Source: Reclinomonas americana ATCC 50394
Lineage: Eukaryota
Reading direction: 5' to 3'
Assembly (NCBI GenBank): GCA_048213135.1
Contig: PS015059.1
Location: 44,231-108,230 of the forward strand
DNA length: 64,000 bases
The first letter of the stretch is position 1. Each line of letters starts with the position of its first letter. Both the position numbers and the translations under genes were made by a program. Of this stretch, positions 23,903-34,367 are shown piece after piece. The notes below the pieces were generated by a model. That model had not been told where the DNA came from. It made no database searches and saw only the letters and a program-made list of their open reading frames with translations.

Positions 23903-26345
23903 TCAAGGCGACGTAGGCGTGCCGGCATCGGAGCTCGGCGAAAGCAGCAGGGAGCTGTTCGGCGACATGGCGCTGCCGCTGTGGTGCGGCCACAAGTTCA
24001 ACGCCTTCAGTTCGCGCACAAAGGCTGCGTGCACCAGCACACCAACGCGTGAGACTCACACACACAGCAAGGACAGGACGAGACATGCAAGCTCAACCTT
24101 CACGACATCTCTTCTCGGCCTTGGGTCCCTCGACGCGCACGTGCAGGCCGGTGAGGAGATCAACAATCTCCGTCAGTGTGTCACTGCGCACGGTGTGAGG
24201 AGTGCAGGGGGGGATGGAGAGGGAGAGAGGAGGGAGAGGAAGGAGAGAGAGAGGGAAGGAGGAAGGGAGGGAGAGGAGAGAAAAGAGGAAGAAGAGGGAG
24301 AGGAGAGAAACGAGGGAGAAGAGGGGGAGAGGAGAGAAATGAGGGAGTAGAGGGAGGGAGGGAGGGAGAAAGTGCAGAGGGAGAGGGGTGTGGAAAAGGC
24401 GAGGACGTCACGCACAGAAAGAATGTGTGCGTGTGCGTGCGTGTGAGAAAGACGACAAACCTGTGGCGCAATATTTGCACAAAGCGTCCGACGAGACGCG
24501 TTGTCTGACTGCCGAGTGCCAGCTGCGCAGCATTGAGTTGCGCCACATCCCTTACAGTGACCTGCAGCGGACAGTGAGGTGGAGGACGAGGGATGGGCGG
24601 GTCGATCAGCGCTACGCAACGTTCTCAAAGTACTCCTTTTCGATCTTGTACTTGTCGGCAAAGAGCGACAGAGCGTCCCGATCAATCACCGACTCGGCTG
24701 CGCGTCGCCCAACAAACAACACACACGAAACACACGTGTCAGTCGTCGTCCACACGACACACATGCGCCTGTCAACTCTGCGCAACATTGAATAGCCTCC
24801 TGAATGTCAGCGGCGACCTCCGCACGTGTTCGTGGCGCTCGCACCAGCTGCGTGACCGCTGCACGTGTGGAACGTGAGCCACCGGCCGCTGCCGCCTGCA
24901 CACTCGCTTCGACTTGTTCCAGCCGCTTCTCGGCCGCTTCCATAACCNNNNNNNNNNNNNNNNNNNNNNNNNNNNNNNNNNNNNNNNNNNNNNNNNNNNN
25001 NNNNNNNNNNNNNNNNNNNNNNNNNNNNNNNNNNNNNNNNNNNNNNNNNNNNNNNNNNNNNNNNNNNNNNNNNNNNNNNNNNNNNNNNNNNNNNNNNNNN
25101 NNNNNNNNNNNNNNNNNNNNNNNNNNNNNNNNNNNNNNNNNNNNNNNNNNNNNNNNNNNNNNNNNNNNNNNNNNNNNNNNNNNNNNNNNNNNNNNNNNNN
25201 NNNNNNNNNNNNNNNNNNNNNNNNNNNNNNNNNNNNNNNNNNNNNNNNNNNNNNNNNNNNNNNNNNNNNNNNNNNNNNNNNNNNNNNNNNNNNNNNNNNN
25301 NNNNNNNNNNNNNNNNNNNNNNNNNNNNNNNNNNNNNNNNNNNNNNNNNNNNNNNNNNNNNNNNNNNNNNNNNNNNNNNNNNNNNNNNNNNNNNNNNNNN
25401 NNNNNNNNNNNNNNNNNNNNNNNNNNNNNNNNNNNNNNNNNNNNNNNNNNNNNNNNNNNNNNNNNNNNNNNNNNNNNNNNNNNNNNNNNNNNNNNNNNNN
25501 NNNNNNNNNNNNNNNNNNNNNNNNNNNNNNNNNNNNNNNNNNNNNNNNNNNNNNNNNNNNNNNNNNNNNNNNNNNNNNNNNNNNNNNNNNNNNNNNNNNN
25601 NNNNNNNNNNNNNNNNNNNNNNNNNNNNNNNNNNNNNNNNNNNNNNNNNNNNNNNNNNNNNNNNNNNNNNNNNNNNNNNNNNNNNNNNNNNNNNNNNNNN
25701 NNNNNNNNNNNNNNNNNNNNNNNNNNNNNNNNNNNNNNNNNNNNNNNNNNNNNNNNNNNNNNNNNNNNNNNNNNNNNNNNNNNNTCCGCATACGCAACGT
25801 TCGTTCTCGAGGTACTCCTTCAGTGTCTTGAACTTGGATTCCTCCTCGTACGCCATTTGACACAATGAACACGACTGCGAAGTTTATGAACAGGACACGC
25901 GGAATCATCTCAACTCGGGAGCTGGTGTTTCTGCAGGCAGCACTGGAGTAGTGCGAAGGGGTGTGCCTTACGTGTGTCGTGATGCAATGAGCGGCACGAC
26001 GTCGATTGAGATGTCAAGTCACGCGCGCGACGTTCCCCGAAGGTCACTTTACATAAGCGCGTTTCCGGCCGTTTCTTTCTTTGTCGCTGCTGGTGAGATG
26101 AGGTGAGTGCATCGGACGCTTTCATGGTCACATGGATGCATGCCTGACAGTCCGAGATGCAGCACGGCATCAGCGCCACCCGCAGGTACCGGTGGCATGC
26201 CCACCAGTTCAAAGATGCATATGAAGAAGGCGTCAGTGGCCCTTGCGGTTGCTCTCGCAAGTGCTTCGGCCCCGTCGCATGCTGCCTCTGGCTCCTCAAG
26301 CTCTGCACCAGCGCCAGCGGCAAGGTGCGTCTGCGCCCCCTGTAG
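23903..26345 (-). CDS. Hypothetical protein 'gene X', copy 2
   Basis: Same 3' exons and stop (23903) as copy 1; extra upstream exon SCSLCQMAYEEESKFKTLKEYLENE at ~25795-25873; 5' end uncertain. Confidence 0.6.
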
Positions 26346-26401
26346 AGTTGCAGACTTTGAGTCGACCGAGTGCGCGTGGGAGAGAGAGAGAGACGGGGAG
26401 G

Positions 26402-26441
<40 letters not shown>

Positions 26442-26486
26442 GAGAGGAGGAGANNNNNNNNNNNNNNNNNNNNCTCTCCTCCCCTC

Positions 26487-26533
<47 letters not shown>

Positions 26534-26603
26534 CACCCTCTTTTAGTGGTCAAGCTTATCATCTGTTGCGGGTCTGATGACTGACTTTGTTGTTCATTCG
26601 CAG

Positions 26604-29300
26604 CCTTGGCGTTGCCCCATCGGTAGCCGCTGCTGCGAACGCACCTCAAGATGATGTTGCTCGGTTGGCGGCCGCGGACGCACCCGTTCAAGCGCAGCTG
26701 CAGCGCTTGCTGGAACCGGAGGATCAAGAACTGGCTCAGATGCGGCGTGCGGAGGAGGAGGCGACTCGGCTGCGGGTTCAGCTAGAAGCGACCAAGACTG
26801 ACCAAAAGACGACCCGCGATCGACTGCAGACTGAGCGTGAGATGGCCCGCCAGTGTGCCATCGATCAGGAGTTGGCCCAGCTACAGCTTCTCAGGCTGCG
26901 AACTGAGCTGGAGACGACCCAGACTGAGCTTGAGGAGACCCAGGCTGAGCTGGAGAAGACCCGCGATCGGCTGCGGACTGAGCGTGAGATGGCCCGCCAG
27001 TGTGCCATCGATCAGGAGTTGGCCCAGCAACAGCTTCTCAGGCTGCGAACTGAGCTGGAGACGACCCAGACTGAGCTGGAGAAGACCCGCGATCGGCTGC
27101 GGACTGAGCGTGAGATAGTCCGACAGTGTGCGAGCGAACTGGAGTTGGTCCAGCAACAGCATCTTACGGCGGAGATGGCCCGCAATAGGCTGCGAAGTGA
27201 GCTGGAGACGACCCAGACTGAGCTGGAGAAGACCCAGGCTGAGCTGGAGAAGACCCGCGATCGGCTGCGGACTGAGCGTGAGATAGCCCGGCAGTGTGCG
27301 AGCGAACTGGAGTTGGTCCAGCAACAGCATCTTACGGCGGAGACGACCCGCAATAGGCTGCGAAATGAGTTGAAGACGACCCGCGATCGGCTGGAGACTG
27401 AGTTGGAGACGACCCAGACTGAGCTGGAGACGACCCGCGATCGACTGCGGACTGAGCGTGAGATGGCCCGCCAGTGTGCCATCGATAAGGAGTTGGCCCA
27501 GCAACAGCTTCTTACGGCGGAGACGACCCGTAATAGGCTGCGAAATGAGTTGAAGACGACCCGCGATCGGCTGGAGACTGAGTTGGAGACGACCCAGACT
27601 GAGCTGGAGAAGACCCGCGATCGACTGCGGACTGAGCTGGAGATGGCCAAGCAGCGTGCGGGCGAACTGAATGAGGCTCTGCAGATTCGTGCGGAGCTGG
27701 AGACAGCCAACGATTGGCTGCGGGCTGAGTTGCAAGCGCGTGCACTCGTTCTGGAGATGGACCAGGAGCAGCATGCGATCGATGTGGCTCGCTTACGACA
27801 CGAGGCCAACGTAAGGCAGCAGTCGCTCCAACAAGAGAACGCTGACCTCCGTGATACCCTCAGCGCTGCCGAGGCTGCCCACTTGGCGACCCTTTCCTTC
27901 GCCACCGCTCGCGCACCTGCAGCTCAGCAGGTTTGGCTCAACGTGCACTCTTGTTGCTGAGCGCGGGCGCCGACCTACTGACCGTCATATTTTTTGCTTT
28001 CTGTCAGATATTTACCGCCGGCGGACTTTCTTGCTCTCGCGATGCGGGCTCAACTCTGGTGCGCCATGTGGATGGACTGGAAGCTGTACACATTGTCAGC
28101 CTTAAGGTGCATCTTTGATGATCCCTCGTGCCGTAATGCGCGACAACAAGCACTGACCTCCGAACGGCATGGCGGCGCATTTGTCGTGTATTGCAGGAGT
28201 GTGTCCAGTACAAGCTTCGTGAGCGGTGCTGCCAGCTTGCGATTGACAAGACTGGCCATCCGGTGTACTGTTGCCGTAATTGCATCATGCTTCCGCGGAC
28301 GTGGCGTCAGCAGTTTGAAGCTCACAAAATCTGTGTCACGGTATGCAACCAGGAACATCACGACTGTCATCACACATGTTTTCCTCACTTGGTTGGTAAT
28401 TTGCTGCAGGCTGATGGGTTTCTTTTCCGCACCAGTCCACGGCGTACCTACCTCACGTGGGCACACGCAGTGCTGGCCGGGGTGGTGGCCCAAGTGCCCG
28501 ACGCATTTGCTCACCGTCCGCGCACTCGCGTTCGGGTGTTTAATCGCGTGGAATGCACCAGAGAGGATACTGTGCTCCTGCCGCACATGAGTCTTCTTCT
28601 GCAGCACGCTGTCGCCACGGATTCTCGAGCATGTCGCACCGGCCGTGTCGACAACGCCGTCCCGGAGGGTTTGCTTACTGCACTGAGAGCTGCTGTTGCC
28701 GAGGAGACGCCGACAAACGAGAACCAAGTTGTGTAATCTTGTAGCGCATGGATGTCACCCGTCGACACAATCCTTCTCTCATATTTCTCGTGCAGGTACG
28801 AGCGCTGCGAGACTTGCTCGGTGGTCAGAGTTCAGCTTGCATTAATATGAGCGAGGAAGCCAGCGCCGTCACGCTTGTCGAGAAACAAGTCAGGAAGATA
28901 CGCAAGCTCAACACGACTGCTTTTGTGGAGTCGTGGCGGCAAGAGACCGTGGTGGCTCACGAACCCGGGCCCGCCGCCATCGACTTGATTGCTGATACCA
29001 TCCACGGACCCACCGTGGCCAGCCATGACGGCCACGACGACGTAGTAGCGGAGGATTATGACATCCTGTCAGAAATTCGCTTGATGAGCTATCAAGATCT
29101 AGAAGACGCTGACGATGAGGAGGGTGAGGAAGAGGAGGAGAAGGGAGCCATCGACAACGCAGTTGAGGAGGCGGAGGTGCACGATGTTGACGACGCCGTC
29201 GTCATGCGAAGCACTGCTGGAGACTGTGGTGGCGTTTCGCCGGCGAATGGTGCGGAGGCCGCAGCGAGTGCTGGCTTGATTGAGCCTGAGCCAGCAGCCA
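26604..29300 (+). CDS. 'Gene Y' copy 2: expanded coiled-coil repeats + HNH-like domain (last His replaced by Arg) + acidic tail
   Basis: ORF 26587-27960 of ELETTQT/RDRLRTERE repeats (180-nt period visible, 27361 vs 27541); spliced IFTAGGLSCS...LEAVHIVSLK|ECVQYKLRERCC...RNCIMLPRTWRQQFEAHKICVT|ADGFLF...LLPHMSLLLQHAV. Same intron positions as copy 1. Confidence 0.65.
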
Positions 29301-29363
29301 NNNNNNNNNNNNNNNNNNNNCACACACACACCAAGTCTCCTGCTCACTCTACCACACACGCAG

Positions 29364-32300
29364 GAAAACGAGTTCTTTGCCAGCGTGTTGCAAGGTCGTC
29401 TGGCCGAGGCACAGGCCTACTTGACTGCTGCCGGTCTCCCATTCGCGGCCGACGCCGACTGGGTGCAGCACTTGTTGCAGTGGCGCGGAGAGGTGCCGGC
29501 AGTCGCCATCGCCAGTGCTGCTCCGCAGACACGCGCGCGAAAATCGGCATCGTCATCATCGTCAAGTGTACATGCGGATGTGCTGAATGCGGCGGTGATG
29601 ATTGGTGCTGAGGAGCATGTACTGCGCTTCCTTGTGCGCGCAGGTGTGTGTGTTTTGTGTTTGGAAGCAGCGGTGGTGAGAGAGTGATTGATTGTGATTA
29701 TTCCGCATGCAAAGGCGCCAATCCGTTCCGTCGTGATGTCGACGGCTTGTCGGCACTGGATCGTGCTCGCGAGTCGAAGCGCGGTTTGCATTCGCGTCTC
29801 CTCTTTTGTGCTGCGGTTTGTGTCGGCAAGAGTTTGACAGTGTTGCGTGCAGGTGACGTGTATGAGTTCTTGTTGCGAGAGTTTGAGGCGCATCATGCGC
29901 AGCGCGAGGTGCAGTACCACAACTTCCGTGATGAGATCGAGGCGCAGCACCCGATTGACGCCGAGGCGCTGTTGAGTGGCGGAGAGAATTTGATTTGTGT
30001 GTTGTCTCGTGCTATGCGCTCACTCTGTTACGATTGGTCGCGAAGCGTACGCAAGTTCGTGCCACACACGATCCTCTCCACGTTCTGGGACAATGTCAAT
30101 GTTGCGTCGCGTGTTGCTGGTGGTGTGGCCGCACTGCGGTGTGGCGGCAGTCGAGACTGACCTGTTGTCGTGTGCGTAGAATCCGGAGAGCGCCGACGAA
30201 CCGTGCTTCATGGAGCGCCACGATGGGCAATGGGTGGCGACCACGTGGCGGCAGTACGGCGAACTGGCCATGTGGGTCGCCTTTTATCTTCTTAGAGTAA
30301 TGCCTGGACTCGCTGCGCTCACTCATTGAACTCGCACAGTGCTGTTGGCAAATCGCTGCGTGCACTTGGTCTGCGACACATTGCGGAGGCAGAGGAGAAG
30401 CACAAGGTGGCGGTGTTGTCGCGCAACTGTTACGGCGTGATGCATCATTGGTGGTGTCAGTGTGCTTGCTTTACCGACACCGTGTCTGTCAGGTGTCAAA
30501 TTCATGGCCGCCGACATGGGAGCCATGTGCATTGGCGCCGCAACCATGGGCATCTACTGCAGCGAAGCCACATCAGGCGTGCAGTACATGTTGCGTGTTG
30601 ATGTTTGTGTACGCGCGTGTGTGGCCGGTGGAAATGTACTCATGCGGCAGCAGTGTGGAGAACTCGAGCAGCCACGTCTTGTTTGTCGACGGCATCGAGC
30701 AACTGCGCAAGACTGACCCCTTCCGTGATAGCATGCCGCCGTATTTTCGTGTTCGTCTCCCAGCGCATTCACTCGCGTCGTGTGTTTTGACACTCAACAA
30801 AGTGTGCGTACGTTCGTAGGTGGTTGTGTTTGAGTCCAAGCCTGGCGAGTTGCCGGCCGATGAGCGTGTGCTCTCGTGGAGCCAGTTCATTGCGCTGGGG
30901 AGGTGAGAGACCGGCGGAGGTGTTCTTGCTGGATATGCGTGACTCACTTTGTGGTCGGTGCAGCGAGGAAGCAGATGGAATCGAAGACTTTGCGCGCTCC
31001 ATCCCTGAGGAGGAGTTGTGCATGTTGGTGTATGTGCGTGCAAAGTGTCCAGGCTTGTGTACATGTGGCGTCCTTGTTTTGACTTGTGTGACGCCTCTGC
31101 ATGCAGACCTCTGGCACAACGGGCAATCCAAAGGTGCGTCTTTTGATTCGCGCACACTTTTCGACTGACCAGCTTACGTACTCTCTCTCTTTCTTTCTTT
31201 CGCGCAGGGCGTGATGTACAGCCACATCAACCTGGCGCACCAAGTTGACGGTATGATGCAATTGCTGCCACCTGGGCGATTCGACACCCTCAGGTTAGTC
31301 GTGCTACGCCGCATGTCATGTGTGGACTTTGGTCACCACTCACCGCACCCCGCAGCTTTTTGCCACTTTGCGTGCGTGACAATGAAGTGCACTTCTATTT
31401 CCTGCACTCGTGTGCTGACTCTGCATCCTGCCTTTGTGTGTGCGTGCGCGAATCACATGCAGCACATTGTTGCGTGCTGTGGAAGCGTAGACGGTGGCCT
31501 TGTGCATCCACTCACTCCCCATTGTGTGTGTGTGTGAGTGCAGGCTGAGCGCATTCAGGGACAGGTGAAGATTGTAGTTACATCTTGTTTGCTTAGCAAG
31601 CGCAGTTTCTCATCGCCCTTCTTGCAGCTCCTGCACATTGGCAAGGTCAATTGCACGTGGTTTGGCGAGAGCGTGTACGTTGCGTTGCGCTGTGTGCCAG
31701 TATCTTTCTTTGTGCATTGATCGTGTTGACTCGGTCGCTGCCTGCATCCATACCTAAATCAGACGGTGCTGAAAGACCTTGTCGACGTGCGTCCGAGCAT
31801 GTTGCTCTGTGTCCCGCGTCTGTGGCAAAAAATTCATGACGAGGTAACTTTTTGTCGCTCGTTTGCTACTCTCCAGCGATTACTTGAATGACTTTCTCAC
31901 GTACGCTCACAAAACAGATGCGTCGCAAAGTCAAGCAGGCCGGCACCGTGAAGCAGACTCTGTTCAACACGGCGCTCTCGATCGGCGACCAGGTGCGCGT
32001 TCTTCGCAACAACGGCCAGTCGATTCCACTTCTGCTCCGAGCCAAGTGGGCAGTGATGAAGATGCTTGTGGTCAACAAGGTGTGCGCGTCGTCGTGCCAA
32101 GCACACGTCAGTTTCAAGTTCACTAACGTTGGCTGTGTGTCCATGTGTGTCTCTAGGTCAAGGTCTGCACTGCGTACCACTCCCCATTTCCGTCTTGTCA
32201 GCGTCACTTATGCCGTCGTTGTGCAGCGCGCGCTCGGCCTCGACCGGTGCTACATGCTGGCCTCGGGTGCCAGTGCTCTTTCGGCTGAGGTTCTTGCCGT

Positions 32301-34269
32301 TCACACGCAAACAGCAGTGCGTTGTGCATCCCAGCTAATCTTGCATTTTGCTCAGGTGTCACGCTTCTTTGGCAGCCTGGATCTCGACATTCAAGTATGT
32401 GCACTTTTTTGGTGTGTCCACTGCGCTCACTCTCTATGACCCCCTCATTCATGTTGCAGGAAGTGTATGGGAGCAGCGAGTGCACCGGTTGTGGTACCTA
32501 CAATCCGCTGCCTGGCCGCGGTCCTGGTGGCGCCGGTGTGCGACCGGGAACGGTACGTCAGCATCGTTCTTGCTCGTTTCTGGCTGCTGCTGACGATGAT
32601 GCCGATATTTTCTGTTCACCAGGTGGGCATCGCGTTTCCTGGCATGCAGGTGCGCACGGGCGCCAAGGGCGAGGTGCTCTTCCGAGGACGTTGCGCAACC
32701 ACAGCGTCTGCTGTCTTGATCGCCAACGGACAACTCATCTATTCTCTCTCTCTGTCTCTCCTCTCCCATTGTGTTACCATTAGCCTGCGTGTTCATGGGC
32801 TACCTTGGAGCTCCTGTTGCGTCTGGAGATCGACGTCATCTCACCTACTGTTGACTGATCTGACACTTGTATCTGCGCACAGGAAACAACGTGCGTGCTT
32901 GTTCCCCTCTCTTACTTATCACTTGCCCCTTTCCTCTTTCACATTACACGCCGATGCGCAGCGCGAGTGCCATTGACGAGGACGGCTGGCTGCAGTGAGT
33001 GACTCTTGAGGGCCAACGTTGCTTCGCCACGTAGAGTGTGCTCATGCATGTGAATTCATTCACTGCAGCACTGGCGACGTGGGCCGTTTCACCGAGGAAG
33101 GCTACTTGATGATTACCGATCGGTGCGATTGCTGTCCGTGACTGTGAGAGTAGGTGTCGTTCAAATTTGGTCTCACTCTCGTCTCCGTTGTTGCTCGCAG
33201 GCTGAAAGAGGTTGATTCTTCGTGTGCTGCGACTTGTGTGAAATGACTGCCTCTCATCGGTTCGCATCGTGTACGCAGTTCCTCAAGACTGAGGGCGGCA
33301 AAATGGTCGCACGTGCGTATGTATGCTCGCCTCCATCGCGGTGTCGATGGAAAGCGATGGTGACTCATTGACATTGACGCTCATCGTGCAGCTGCGCCGA
33401 TTGAGCAGCGCTTCAAAATGTTCCCCATCATCTCACAGGGAGTGCTCATCGGTGATGATCGCAAGTACCTGGCAGCGTTGGTGTGCCTCGATGAGAGTAC
33501 CAAGCCAGTGGAGGTACGGCGTCGCGGATACTAACAGGTGGGACGCACAGTGCCTCATTTGAGTGCGTCACAGATCGATGGCGAGACTGTGGAAATCAAG
33601 GCCAACTTGCTGGTTCGTTTTCGTTGAACAGAGTGTATCATCTCTTGCTGGTGTTGAGTCATAGGTGGATTGTAGGCGTGGCTGCGTGAGGAGTGTGGCA
33701 TTGAGGTGCCGAACCCGCGCGAATTGACTGCAGAGCAGTTCGTGAAGGACGAGCGTGTTGCGTGGAAAAGATTGTGTGCATCGATTGCTCGCAGTTGTAC
33801 ACGCTCAATCCTACGCATAGGTTCTTGCGCGCATTGGCGAGTACGTGCGGTAAGTGGCGATGAGAATTCATGGACGGGGCGTGGCTGTGCGACGTTGCTG
33901 ACCCGTCGCGCAGTCAAATCAACGAGGGCAACGAGCGCATGCCGGAGGCGCTTCCTGGCTACGAGCGTATCAAAGTGTGGGAGCTGTTGCCACGCGAGTT
34001 CTCAGTAGCCAGCGGCGTTGCGTCTGGGCGAATATCTCCTTTGTTTTGTGCACGCGCGACTGCTGACGCCTCGTACTCAATAATAGGAACTGACTCCGAC
34101 ACTGAAATTGAAGCGCCGGGTGGTGCAGGCCAACTACAAGGATCTCATCGACGAGATGTACCGCCGCAATGACGCCGCATTCCAGCAGGCTGCTTCGTGC
34201 GTACCCATCGTTGCTACTTGCCGGCTACTACCGCCATCATCCTCACGTGCACACGTCAGTCGCAAATAA
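29364..34269 (+). CDS. Long-chain fatty acyl-CoA synthetase (AMP-forming, ACSBG/FadD15-like) with N-terminal ankyrin repeat; about 35 exons; first exon probably in gap
   Basis: Spliced motifs LVY|TSGTTGNPK|GVMYSH, TL|SFLPLC|HI|AER, VPRLWQK, Q|EVYGSSE, GEVLFRG|PCVFMGYL, DGWL|HTGDVG, ITD|RLKE|FLKTEGGK, G|ELTPTLKLKR. N-terminal VLRFLVRA|GANPFRRDVDGLSALDRA. Confidence 0.92.
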
Positions 34270-34367
34270 TTTCCACTCGGGGGGAATCAGAAGAGGAGTG
34301 CAAAACCACAACACCATTGAATTACCGTTGACAGAAAGGAAGGTGAGAACAAGAATGAATCGTCTAT

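Larger units (their letters stand above)
17846..29449. repeat. Tandem segmental duplication, unit ~6 kb (17846-23870 and 23874-29449)
   Basis: ATAA(C/T)GTGCTCGCCCAAT starts both units. 17880-18920 is near-identical to 23905-24945; 20250-22590 is homologous to 26730-29290; 23750-23870 copies 29330-29449. Confidence 0.9.

Noticed and set aside
26881-27905. Long antisense ORFs over the coiled-coil array (also over polyubiquitin and PICH)
   Set aside because: Shadow ORFs caused by GC-rich repetitive coding on the opposite strand.
28748-29611. Apparent fusion of gene Y copy 2 to the ankyrin-acyl-CoA synthetase
   Set aside because: Continuity is only through a placeholder 20-N gap; in unit 1 the equivalent interval holds over 1 kb including non-matching sequence.
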